Notes: generated from the sequence alone by a model not told the origin. Shown: positions 51,274 to 61,053, counted from the stretch's first letter. The stretch: DNA of 64,000 bases from Candidatus Latescibacterota bacterium (GCA_963662665.2 CAXXJS010000019.1:23450-87449); one strand, 5' to 3'. Translations and numbers: made by a program.

Positions 51274-52863
51274 ATGGACCTGGTCATTTCCGGCGGAACG
51301 GTAGTTGACGGTACCGGCGCCGTTCCCGTCTCCGGGGACGTGGCCGTTGCGGACGGGCGGATCGTCGGCGTCGGCCGGATTCCTCGACCCGACGGCGTGC
51401 CGTGCGTGGATGCGGCCGGTTGCTACGTGACGCCGGGATTCATCGATATCCACAGTCATTCGGATTTTACCCTGATGGTCGATCCCCGGGCGGTGAGTTC
51501 GATCATGCAGGGTGTGACGCTGGAGGTGGTGGGCAACTGCGGGCACGGAAGCGCACCCATTGGCGATCCGTCGCGCACCCGTTCGAATATATACGGTTGC
51601 AGGTCAGGGTATGAGATCGGCTGGCGCACCGTTGGCGAGTATCTGGATCGCCTGGAGGGTCGGCGACCGGCCGTAAACGTCATGACGCTGGTGCCCAACG
51701 GAAATCTGAGACTGGCAGCATGCGAAGCGTTGGACCGTCCGTCCACGCCGGACGAACTGGAGAAGATGAAACGCCTGCTGGCTCAGGGGATGGAGGAAGG
51801 GGCCGTGGGGTATTCCACGGGCCTGGAATACGGTCCGGAAAGGGACTGCCCCGAAGAAGAGATTTCAGATCTATGCGCGATCGCGACGGAATACGGCGGG
51901 GTCTACACGACCCATACCCGCAACCGAATGGGGCAGGCGGAGGAAGCCGTCGCTGAGGCGATCCGTACCGCCGAAACGGCCGATGCGCCCCTGCAGATTT
52001 CGCACATTTCGTCCGTTGCCAGGCTGTCGGACGACGGCGGATGGGCGGTCGATCAGGCGCTCGAACAGGTCGACCGGGCGCGCAGCAACGGGCTGGACGT
52101 GCAGTTCGACATGCACACGCGGCTTTTCGGGACAACCAACCTGAGCGCGGCTCTGCCGCTGTGGGTGCTGGAGGGAATTTCGAAGGTGATTGCGGGTCGC
52201 CTGCGCGATCCATCCGTTCGTCGCGAAATGGAAAGCTGCGAAAGTATCGTTACCTCTCTGGCGCAGGGAGACTGGGAGCGGATCGTCATCTTCCACTCGC
52301 CCGCGCAACCGGAGCTTGCGGGAAAGAGTATTGCCGAACTTGCCGCCGCCGGAACCGGCAGTGCCAGTGACGCCATCTGCGACATTTTATATGCGGCATC
52401 CGACCGGTTGCACGAAGTTATGGTGATCGCGTTCAGCTATCGCGAGGCAGACGTCCGACCGGCGTTCGAACACCCGTTCTGTATGGTCGGCTCCGATGCC
52501 ACCGCGCTCTCAACGGATGGGCCCTTGAAGGACGACACGTTTCACGGCGCCTATACGTGGGCATCCTGGTTCTTCCGGCATTTCGTCCGGGACCGGAAAG
52601 TGTTCAGCCCGCAGGAAGCCGTGCGCAGGCTGACGATGCTGCCGGCTTCCCGGCTGGGGTTGTCCGACCGGGGCGTGATCCGCAATGGGGCGCATGCGGA
52701 CCTGGCCATTTTCGATCCAAACGTATTCTCCGAACGGGGAACCACGTACGAGCCCAACCGGACGGCCGCGGGGATGCGCCACGTGCTGGTAAACGGCGGC
52801 ATCGCGATGACGGACGGCGTCCTTACGGGCCAGCGGTACGGCCGGGTGTTGCGGCGCGCTTGA
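51274..52863 (+). CDS. N-acyl-D-amino-acid deacylase family amidohydrolase
   Basis: PGFIDIHSHSD, GNCG, STGLEY, ISH, GSD, ADL.IFDP. Confidence 0.9.
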   Translation: MDLVISGGTVVDGTGAVPVSGDVAVADGRIVGVGRIPRPDGVPCVDAAGCYVTPGFIDIHSHSDFTLMVDPRAVSSIMQGVTLEVVGNCGHGSAPIGDPSRTRSNIYGCRSGYEIGWRTVGEYLDRLEGRRPAVNVMTLVPNGNLRLAACEALDRPSTPDELEKMKRLLAQGMEEGAVGYSTGLEYGPERDCPEEEISDLCAIATEYGGVYTTHTRNRMGQAEEAVAEAIRTAETADAPLQISHISSVARLSDDGGWAVDQALEQVDRARSNGLDVQFDMHTRLFGTTNLSAALPLWVLEGISKVIAGRLRDPSVRREMESCESIVTSLAQGDWERIVIFHSPAQPELAGKSIAELAAAGTGSASDAICDILYAASDRLHEVMVIAFSYREADVRPAFEHPFCMVGSDATALSTDGPLKDDTFHGAYTWASWFFRHFVRDRKVFSPQEAVRRLTMLPASRLGLSDRGVIRNGAHADLAIFDPNVFSERGTTYEPNRTAAGMRHVLVNGGIAMTDGVLTGQRYGRVLRRA

Positions 52864-52911
52864 TGGACTTGACGTCTCTTCACAGTTGTTGATCGGGAAG
52901 TGAGGAGTTCT

Positions 52912-53913
52912 ATGGTTCAAAACTCGATTTCAGGACGGATCCGCTGGTCGTTCAGCGATGGAAACCCGGTGATCGCTCCGGGCCAGTTGCACGCGGATAT
53001 GGATAGCCGGCGCGCCGGCGCCGCCCACGTCGTGCAGCTTGGAGACCGGTACCGGATGTACTATTGGGGAACCGGGGCGAACGGGTTTCACCGCATTCTG
53101 ATTGCCGAGAGCCCTGTGGACGAACCCAACGACTGGAAGCCCGTGGGCGTCGCGCTCAGCCGGCAGCGGGACACGGCTTATAACGACGAGGGGCCGGGTT
53201 TCCCGTTCGTGGTTCCGAGAGACGACGGCCCCTGGCTCCTGTATTTCTGTGGTTGGGGGAAACCCAGAGAGGACGGCAAGCTTCCCAATACCACGGGCGT
53301 GGCAGTCAGCGTTGACGGCGGGTACCGGTTCCGCTATCCGAATCGGGAACCGATTCTGCCGTTGGACCGGGACTGGGACCGGGAGGGAACCGGAAGCGTA
53401 TGTGTCTTGCGGGTCGATGGCCGTTACCATATGTATTATACGTCTATAGGGGCCTATTTCAACCGCCCCGAAGGTGCTGTCACGGGCCACGGAAATGTAA
53501 TTCCCCGCATCGGTGTTGCCTATGCCGCATCGCCGGACGGGACGGTGTGGACAAAGCCGGTGAATGGTCTGATGGTCGGACCGAGGGGCTTCGACACCGA
53601 ACCCTACGAGTACATCTGTTCAAAGCCCTTCGTCCTGCGGGAACCCGGCGGCTACCGGATGTGGGTGAATACGTTCGGCACCGCCTATCGGATGAGGAGT
53701 CTGGTCGGACCGGACGGCATGGACTGGCGCTGGTGCGACAGCGGGCCTGACGGGGAGTTCGGTGTTGGCGCGAAGGGCGCGTTCGACGACAGGCAGCGGT
53801 GTTACGGGAGTATCGTCAAATACGGCGAGGAATACCGGTGTTGGTACACGGGAAACGGTTTCGGCGCAACGGGGATGGGTTACGCCGTAGGGAAGATTGA
53901 GGGTGAGCGATGA
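52912..53913 (+). CDS. five-bladed beta-propeller glycosidase-like protein
   Basis: Repeated Y.MYY/W blades and Asp-box-like S.DG..W motifs. Confidence 0.7.
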   Translation: MVQNSISGRIRWSFSDGNPVIAPGQLHADMDSRRAGAAHVVQLGDRYRMYYWGTGANGFHRILIAESPVDEPNDWKPVGVALSRQRDTAYNDEGPGFPFVVPRDDGPWLLYFCGWGKPREDGKLPNTTGVAVSVDGGYRFRYPNREPILPLDRDWDREGTGSVCVLRVDGRYHMYYTSIGAYFNRPEGAVTGHGNVIPRIGVAYAASPDGTVWTKPVNGLMVGPRGFDTEPYEYICSKPFVLREPGGYRMWVNTFGTAYRMRSLVGPDGMDWRWCDSGPDGEFGVGAKGAFDDRQRCYGSIVKYGEEYRCWYTGNGFGATGMGYAVGKIEGER

Positions 53914-54009
53914 TCGCGGATCGTCCAATGGTGATTCAGCCGACGCATTTCATCGCAGGAATCGTCGTTGGCGTTCTATCTTCAGTGAGGGTGTTCGGGA
54001 GGCAGGTTC

Positions 54010-54732
54010 GTGGATCTTGACGAGTCGAAATTGCAGCATTACGAGCAAGAAGGATATACAACGGTTGAAGGGTTGATTTCGACCCGGGAAGCGGTCGCGG
54101 CGCGGAAGCGCCTTCTGGAACTACTGGAGGGTGAGCACGACTGGCCGGACCTTCACTTTCAGGTCCTGGACCCCGCGAAGTTCCACAACAGCAGGGGTGG
54201 ATTCGTTCCCATCGGCGTCCAAAGACCCGCCAGACAGGAGGCCGTCTTCCGGGAGATTGCGGACCACGTCAATTTGCAGGAGGCGATGTCCCGGCTTCTG
54301 GGCGGTCCGGTGAAGCGATTTACGGACCAGGCCCTGATCAAGAACCGGGCAATCGACGGGCAGTCGTTCTATCACCAGGATTCCTATTACTGGAAGATCG
54401 AGCCGGGTCGGGGGTGCAACGCCTGGATCGCACTGGATGAAGTGGGGGTGGACGCCAGCGCACTGGGTATTCTGCCGGGAACCCACAGGGATTGGACACT
54501 GAAAACCCACGAGCGTTATTACGATGAGCCCAATTATTACGCCGCGCGGACGGGCGAAGCATTTACCCGGTGGCGGATCCCGACGGATGGACTGGACCTG
54601 TCCCGTGAAGTGGTGCTGCCAATGCAGCCCGGCGACGCGGCGTTTTTCTCGAATTACACGTGGCATCGTTCGGAGGTAAACCGTTCGGGCGAACACAAGA
54701 CGGCCTACGCGATCGCGTATCAGCTGCGATAG
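54010..54732 (+). CDS. phytanoyl-CoA dioxygenase (PhyH) family Fe/2OG enzyme
   Basis: YEQEGY, HQD.YYW, WIALD, LPGTH, WHRS..N.S. Confidence 0.9.
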   Translation: MDLDESKLQHYEQEGYTTVEGLISTREAVAARKRLLELLEGEHDWPDLHFQVLDPAKFHNSRGGFVPIGVQRPARQEAVFREIADHVNLQEAMSRLLGGPVKRFTDQALIKNRAIDGQSFYHQDSYYWKIEPGRGCNAWIALDEVGVDASALGILPGTHRDWTLKTHERYYDEPNYYAARTGEAFTRWRIPTDGLDLSREVVLPMQPGDAAFFSNYTWHRSEVNRSGEHKTAYAIAYQLR

Positions 54733-54807
54733 AACCCGAAACCGGCGGCGATACGAGCGGCTCACCGGCGCCCGCGGTGCGTCATTGATTTCTGAGAGAG
54801 GGTCCGG

Positions 54808-56265
54808 ATGGTTCGAAGAACGGAACGCGCGCCGACCTCCCGCGTACGCTTCGGCTTTGCGCGCGTGGACATAACGCCGCCCGTGGGGATCTATCACCGC
54901 ATGTGGGGTGCGGCCAGGCACGACAGGGCAACGGGCGTTCATCGCCCGATACTGGGCGACGTAATGGTTTTCGGGTCGGCGGAGGCACCGGGGGAGATTC
55001 TCCTGGTTCGGGCGCATCTGGACCTGGTCGGCCTGGTTGCACAACAGTATGCGGCGCTTGTCGAGGCGCTCGGCGATGCCGCGGGGGTCGGTCCGGATCG
55101 GGTGGACGTGGCGTTTTCACACACCCATGCGTCCGGATGGTACGCACCGGATCGTTTCGGCATGCCCGGTGGCGAGCTGATCGAGCCGTTTCTGAAGGAC
55201 GTGGAGAATAAGGTGGCGGAGGCTTGCGGGGAGGCGATTTCGGATGTGCGGGAGGTGCTGATTACCTATGCCTCCGGTCACTGCGGAATGGCGGCAGACC
55301 GGGACTGCCGGGATGAGGCATTCGATGGATACGTCTGCGGGTACAATCCGGAAGGCAACGGCGACGATACCCTGCTGGTGGGACGTCTGAGTGAAGGAGA
55401 AGGCAGGACCGTGGCGACGGTGGTGAATTACGCGTGCCACCCGACCACACTTGCTTGGGAAAATACCCTGATCAGTCCGGATTACGTGGGTGCGATGCGG
55501 GGAGAAGTCGAGCGGGTGACCGGGGCGCCCTGCACGTTCTCGCTGGCGCCCTGCGGGGATTTAGGTCCGAAAGACGGTTTCGTGGGAAGTCTCGACGTCG
55601 CAGAAAAGAACGGACGCCAGCTTGGGTTTGCAGCGCTTTCCGTTCTGATGTCGATGGGACCGCCGGGCACGGATTTCGAATACCGGGGTCCCGTAGTTTC
55701 GGGCGCCACGATTGGCACGTGGGCGCACGCGGCATTTGGACGAGGTCGTTTGTGCGAGGTATCCGTTTTCGCCGGCGGCGTGTATTCCGTGGACCTGCCG
55801 ATGAAAAAACGGCAGGATCCGGAATCGCTCCAGGATGAGGTGGCGAGGTGGTCGGAAGCCGAACGGGCGGCCGATGCAACCGGAGACCCTGCGGCGGCTC
55901 GATCCTGCGGCGCGAGGGCGGAGCGGGCTAGGCGATGGCTCGCGCGGATCGCGAACCTGCCGCACGGCGATACATACCCCTATCGTTTCTCCGTATACCG
56001 TATGGGTGATGCAATATGGGTGACCTGCGGCGGGGAACCCTACAGCGATCTTCAGGTGGAGTTGCGCCGGCGATTTCCCAGGTTCGCGATTCTGGTTTCT
56101 CCTCTGGCGGGCAATGTACAGGTCGCTTACCTGTTGCGGAAAGACGCGTACGGCAAGGGACTCTACCAGGAGGAGCCGTCGAGTCTTGCACCCGGCTGTC
56201 TGGAGATCCTGACCGGTGCTATCGCTGAGCGAATCGAAGAGATCGCAGCTGAAAAAACGTGTTAG
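54808..56265 (+). CDS. neutral/alkaline ceramidase-like amidohydrolase
   Basis: DITPP, SHTHA, NYACHPT, ISPDY.G, GEPY. Confidence 0.75.
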   Translation: MVRRTERAPTSRVRFGFARVDITPPVGIYHRMWGAARHDRATGVHRPILGDVMVFGSAEAPGEILLVRAHLDLVGLVAQQYAALVEALGDAAGVGPDRVDVAFSHTHASGWYAPDRFGMPGGELIEPFLKDVENKVAEACGEAISDVREVLITYASGHCGMAADRDCRDEAFDGYVCGYNPEGNGDDTLLVGRLSEGEGRTVATVVNYACHPTTLAWENTLISPDYVGAMRGEVERVTGAPCTFSLAPCGDLGPKDGFVGSLDVAEKNGRQLGFAALSVLMSMGPPGTDFEYRGPVVSGATIGTWAHAAFGRGRLCEVSVFAGGVYSVDLPMKKRQDPESLQDEVARWSEAERAADATGDPAAARSCGARAERARRWLARIANLPHGDTYPYRFSVYRMGDAIWVTCGGEPYSDLQVELRRRFPRFAILVSPLAGNVQVAYLLRKDAYGKGLYQEEPSSLAPGCLEILTGAIAERIEEIAAEKTC

Positions 56266-56345
56266 CAGTCCGTTGAAAAAGTCGCTCTGCAGTAGTTCGG
56301 CCACAAGGGCCGGACGCAGCCTGGATGGACTTTTTCAACGGGCTG
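56266..56345. mobile_element. MITE copy 3 (80 bp, internally shortened, inverted orientation)
   Basis: CAGTCCGTTGAAAAAGTC...GACTTTTTCAACGGGCTG flanked by exact TTAG repeats. Confidence 0.85.
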
Positions 56346-56363
56346 TTAGACGGAGGAACGAAA

Positions 56364-57248
56364 ATGGCCGAACTCGTGTATTGCCCGGCTAACGACACGT
56401 ATCAATTCGAGACGGAGGCGATGACCGGTGAAATTCGCGCGTCGGGAGACTACCACGGGGTGTGGACGCTTACGGACAAGGTGAGTGGCCGGCAGGTGAT
56501 CCATCCGAAATATTCGGCATTGAACCTGTTCCGGTTGTTCGCGGTTCACCAGGGACTGGATCAACCGCGCCTGATGGACCGGACAGTCGAAGCGCGGGGC
56601 AACGCCATTGAGATATATTGGCCCGTTACTGAAACACATCAAGGTGAGCTGACCGCCCGTTACGAGATTTTCGAGCCAAATCAAGTCGACCTGACGGTGA
56701 CGGTGATGTGCGAAGGGACCTATTCAGGATATGAGCTTTTCCTCTCCAATTATTTCGACAAGACAATGCGGCCTCATATCTATCTCCACGGCAGCCGGTA
56801 CGGCCGGGCGAGCGCGGAACCCGAACGGATTGTGCCCATGGTGAACGACGTCTTTCGCGGGACCGTCATCGTGTTTCCGCGGGACCCGCATGCCGCGAGA
56901 CGTTGCGTCGACGGACGGTGGAATCGCAGTGAGAGCAACTCGCCTACCGTGCAGATGTGCCCGGTTCGGTACTACGGCCATCCGTTCTCGTTCCTGACGG
57001 ATCCCGGGAATCGGTTGGGCGTTGTGTTGATGTCGACGGAAGCGGACTGTTATGCCATCAGTACGCGTTACCACGTGGCCGACGAAGCCGATCGCATGAC
57101 GGATTACAGTGCGTTTGATTTTTCTCTCTTCGGCGACGACCTGGTGCCCGGCAGCACGCGCACGGTACGCATGCGGCTGGTTTTGACCGAAGTAGATGAG
57201 GAAATGTCCCAGCCGCTGGCGCAATATCGTGCGTTTGCCGGCGATTGA
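56364..57248 (+). CDS. hypothetical protein
   Basis: GGAGG RBS before ATG 56364; long ORF, beta-rich composition, no family recognised. Confidence 0.65.
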   Translation: MAELVYCPANDTYQFETEAMTGEIRASGDYHGVWTLTDKVSGRQVIHPKYSALNLFRLFAVHQGLDQPRLMDRTVEARGNAIEIYWPVTETHQGELTARYEIFEPNQVDLTVTVMCEGTYSGYELFLSNYFDKTMRPHIYLHGSRYGRASAEPERIVPMVNDVFRGTVIVFPRDPHAARRCVDGRWNRSESNSPTVQMCPVRYYGHPFSFLTDPGNRLGVVLMSTEADCYAISTRYHVADEADRMTDYSAFDFSLFGDDLVPGSTRTVRMRLVLTEVDEEMSQPLAQYRAFAGD

Positions 57249-57488
57249 CGGCGGGATTCGCGGTTCGGCTCAAGATGAATTTAGCCGGATCACATCGGGT
57301 AAACCGTAGGCGCAACGGGCAGGCGCGAGGCATCGCCGACCATCGGTTTTGTACCTCGAATTGGCAGAAATCATCGCCCGATTCAATTTGAGGTTGAATC
57401 GGCGCCTTATTGTACCTATTTTTTGGTGACAAATGGCCCCTGGCGCTGGGCCGCATCTGCTCCACGTATAGTGATCGATTAAATACGG

Positions 57489-58685
57489 ATGATGAAAATC
57501 CTCGGACATGTACGGTTTCGGTACCTGTCGATGTTCGGCCTGTTCCTGGCTTTGGCTGCCTGCGGAAAGACGCCGCCCACAGTGGACGACGATCTTTACG
57601 AAGAGTACCCCGGGTTGCCCTACGGGATCATGATCACCATCGCCGGCACCGGAGATGCCGGCAGGAATGCGGCGGGATCGGGTCCACTCGATGCGGAACT
57701 GTATTTCCCCCAGGATATGGCCGTCGGTCCCGACGGTCGGACCTACATCCTGGACTGGAACAACAATCGGGTTGTCGTGATCGATAACGGAATCGTGCGT
57801 CCCCTGATCGGCAACGGCGAACCGGGCGAGGCGCTTGCTGGTTCAGCGCTGGAGGTAGGGGTCGATCATCCGTCCCATATTTCATTCGATCCGCAGGGAC
57901 GGCTGGTCCTGTCGGCCTGGCAGAATTCAAGGATCCTGAGGTACGACTTCACCACGCGCCGCGTCGAGCCCATTGCCGGCCGGGGCGATCGTGGGTTTGA
58001 AGGTGATGGCGGCCCTGCACTCGAGGCCTCGTTGAATCTGCCGAGTTCCACGGTCTTCGGTCCGTCCGGCCGCATGTATATCTCAGACCAGGGCAACCTC
58101 CGCATTCGCATGGTCGATCTGGATGGTATGATCACCACTGTTGCGGGTACCGGACGGGAGGGACTTGCCGGGGACGGCGGTCCTGCTATTCTGGCCGATC
58201 TCTATGCACCGACTGGTGGCGCGGCGCAGCCCGGCGGACGAATTGCCATGGATAGCCGCGGCAACCTTTATATCGCAGATACGTTCAACAATCGCATCCG
58301 CATGGTGGATACTTCGGGCAGGATCAGCACGGTTGCCGGCGGCGGAAGTATCGGACCCACTGCCGGAACCTATTCGGGAGATGGCGGCCCCGCAACCGAG
58401 GCCAATCTTTCGCGCCCCAGCGACGTGGTCGTCGATGCGGAGGGAAACCTGTATATAGCCGATACCGGTAACCACTGCATCCGCAAGGTGGATACGAAGG
58501 GGATAATTACCACCCTTGCCGGTCGGTGCGGTGAGCCGGGTTTCAAGGGTGACAGCGACCATCCCCGATGGGGGAAACTCCGGAGTCCCTATGGGGTCGC
58601 GCTGGATCAGGACGAGAATCTGTACATCGCCGATACATTCAACCACCGGATCCGCATGGTGTACAAACACATCGCCGAAAGATGA
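57489..58685 (+). CDS. NHL-repeat (teneurin-like) beta-propeller lipoprotein
   Basis: Lipobox LAAC; repeated GDGGPA..A.L..P and GNLYIADT.NHRIR. Confidence 0.9.
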   Translation: MMKILGHVRFRYLSMFGLFLALAACGKTPPTVDDDLYEEYPGLPYGIMITIAGTGDAGRNAAGSGPLDAELYFPQDMAVGPDGRTYILDWNNNRVVVIDNGIVRPLIGNGEPGEALAGSALEVGVDHPSHISFDPQGRLVLSAWQNSRILRYDFTTRRVEPIAGRGDRGFEGDGGPALEASLNLPSSTVFGPSGRMYISDQGNLRIRMVDLDGMITTVAGTGREGLAGDGGPAILADLYAPTGGAAQPGGRIAMDSRGNLYIADTFNNRIRMVDTSGRISTVAGGGSIGPTAGTYSGDGGPATEANLSRPSDVVVDAEGNLYIADTGNHCIRKVDTKGIITTLAGRCGEPGFKGDSDHPRWGKLRSPYGVALDQDENLYIADTFNHRIRMVYKHIAER

Positions 58686-58750
58686 TCTTTCAGCCGATAG
58701 ACGGGCGACTCCGAATTCGTGTATGGATACCGTTCCCTGGAGGAGTGGTT

Positions 58751-59254
58751 ATGGGCGTGATTAAACTGGCTCTGTTCACCGGGGTTGTGCTGGGGGCGGG
58801 CTTCATTGTGTGCTTCCGCGACGCGGGGGCCGCAAAGGTCGAGAAATCCAATCCGCTGCCCAGGGTGCAGGTTGTGACGCTGGAGGGAGATACGCTGAGT
58901 CTGGCCGAAGTCTGCGAAGGCAAGACGTCATTCATTTATCTGTGGGCTACCTGGTGCAAGACCTGCAAGAAAGATATGAAGCACGTTTTCAAGTTGAGGG
59001 AGAAATTCGGAGACAACGTGCAGGTCTTCGGAATCGCCTGGAAGAACAGCGCGGAGGAAATTCAGACCTATTTCGCAAACAGGAAGAAAGTCCTGCACAG
59101 TTACATCGACTCGGATGGCAGGGTGTTCGAGGCCTTCGAGACCCGGTTGACGCCCACGGTTGTAATTGTAAATGCCCGGGGCGAGGTCCTTTATTCGGGT
59201 TACGGCTCCTTTCGGAAATACAGAAAAATTCTGAACAAGGCATTGAAGGGATAG
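58751..59254 (+). CDS. TlpA-family thiol-disulfide oxidoreductase with N-terminal signal/anchor
   Basis: GGAGGAG RBS; WATWCKTC; TP cis-Pro motif. Confidence 0.85.
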   Translation: MGVIKLALFTGVVLGAGFIVCFRDAGAAKVEKSNPLPRVQVVTLEGDTLSLAEVCEGKTSFIYLWATWCKTCKKDMKHVFKLREKFGDNVQVFGIAWKNSAEEIQTYFANRKKVLHSYIDSDGRVFEAFETRLTPTVVIVNARGEVLYSGYGSFRKYRKILNKALKG

Positions 59255-59297
59255 TCTTCAGTTGAACATTGACTTCACCGTTTGAGGAGTGTGGACG

Positions 59298-60272
59298 ATG
59301 AGACGACTATTGGTGGTTCTCCCGCTGATCCTGTTCACTCACCTGTTTTTCGGAAACAGATCCGCCCTGGCGCAGCCCGGCGTAAGCTGACGCCGTCCCG
59401 TACTCCCGGGCGGGAGAATGCTTCAGGGAAGTCTGATTACCAAGGATCTCCTGGTTCTGAGCTTGAACTACGAGTACGAATATCTGGGCGATGCGATGTT
59501 CGGTACCGGCCCGATCCCCAACATCAACCAGGAAGTGACCAGCATATCAACGGTTTCGGTATTCGCGAGTTACGGGGTCACGGAATGGTTCGGCGCAGCC
59601 GTGGTGCTTCCGTTTCGATCCATAACCAACGACAAGATTCTTCTTCCCGGTCAGTACGACAACCAGTATCAGGGCGGTAAATATGTCCGTCATGCCGCCG
59701 GTCTCAGCGACGTCGTTCTGATGTTGAACATCGTGCCACCTCTGCCGGAGGCATTGCCCGGACTACTGTTTTCTGCAGGTGTCAAGCTCGCGAACGGGTC
59801 CACCCACGCGGTCGACGAATACGGCCAGCGTTTCGCCGACCTGCTGCAAGTGGGATCCGGCAGCGTGGACCCCATTTTCTCCGTCAGTCTGTCGCGCGCA
59901 TTCGATAACCTGTTCTTCTCCGGCATGCTGTTCACGCGGATCATCTCCCGTGAGAATGTCTACGGGTACAAATACGGGAACGAGGTTCAGGGCATCTTTT
60001 CGATGGATTATATGCACGGTGACGTATTTATCGCGGGGTTCAGCGTAAATCACGTTCACACGGCTCGCGATTATTTCCAATATGGTAAGATCGCCCGAAA
60101 ACGCGGTGGCACGTGGCTCTATCTGGCGCCGAAACTAGGCGTACGGGCAATGGAGAATCTGAGCCTTGAAGCCAGATTGCCTCTTCCCGTATACCAGAAC
60201 GTGAACGAAAGCCAGCTGACCTCCGATTACCAGTTCCACGTGGGCGCAACATATCATTTCTTCGCCAGATAA
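59298..60272 (+). CDS. candidate selenoprotein (U31), outer-membrane beta-barrel 'transporter' (MetA-pathway-like), 324 aa
   Basis: GAGGAG RBS, ATG 59298, signal peptide ending ALA-Q; single in-frame TGA at 59388; continuous with ORF 59418..60272 (GLSD, GVKLANG, QVGSGSVD, YKYG, LPVYQ); hairpin at 59403-59416. Confidence 0.78.
59403..59416 (+). promoter_or_regulatory. candidate bacterial SECIS element
   Basis: CTCCC-GGGC-GGGAG stem-loop; loop starts 17 nt after the TGA. Confidence 0.62.
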
Positions 60273-60321
60273 AGGGCGAAAATACACCGCATCGCGTGGT
60301 TTCGGTCGTGAGGGGGCTGCC

Positions 60322-61053
60322 GTGGCACCGAAAGAAGCCGAAAAGATGTGGGCGGAACTGGCGCCTTACTACGATGTTCTCTACCAGTGGAAAGACTACA
60401 GGTCCGAAGCCGCAAGGATTCATCAACTGATCCAATCGCATCGATTGTCATCGGGTAATGCCCTCCTGGATGTCGCATGCGGAACCGGAGAACATACCCG
60501 GTTTCTGCGCGAACACTATTGTGTAACGGGAATCGATCTCAATCCCGAAATGCTGAAAGTTGCCCGCAGAAAAATCCCCGGGATATCATTCCTTCGCCGC
60601 GACATGGCTTCTTTCGACCTGAAACGCCGCTTCGATGCCATTGTCTGCCTTTTCAGTTCGATTGCCTACGTGAGGACCTACCGGCATCTGAGGCGGACGA
60701 TCGCCTGTTTTGGCAAACATTTGAAACCGGGTGGCATTCTTGTCATAGAGCCCTTTTTCACAACCAGGACGTTTCTACCGGGATCGATCCAGGGCGGCAC
60801 CATGGAGGGAGAGGGCGTCAGAATCTCCAGGCACAGCGTGAGCAGACGTCGGGGAAATCTGGCTGTTCTCGAATTCCATTTTCTTCTATCCACGAAAAAG
60901 GGCGTGCGGTACTTCCGAGACACCCACGAATTGGCCTTGTTCGACTGCGAGCGACTTCTGAAGACTCTGGAGGATGAGGGACTCCGGCCGGAATTCGCCA
61001 AACATGGATTGATGCAAGATAGGGGACTCTATCTCGCGTTGAAAGACAATTGA
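60322..61053 (+). CDS. class I SAM-dependent methyltransferase (TylM1/DesVI-like)
   Basis: YD..Y..KDY, LLDVACGTG, FDAIVCLFSSI.Y, HLKPGG. Confidence 0.85.
   Translation: MAPKEAEKMWAELAPYYDVLYQWKDYRSEAARIHQLIQSHRLSSGNALLDVACGTGEHTRFLREHYCVTGIDLNPEMLKVARRKIPGISFLRRDMASFDLKRRFDAIVCLFSSIAYVRTYRHLRRTIACFGKHLKPGGILVIEPFFTTRTFLPGSIQGGTMEGEGVRISRHSVSRRRGNLAVLEFHFLLSTKKGVRYFRDTHELALFDCERLLKTLEDEGLRPEFAKHGLMQDRGLYLALKDN

Noticed and set aside
53910-54020. 36-aa ORF between the propeller and PhyH genes
   Set aside because: Overlaps both neighbours and has no supporting features
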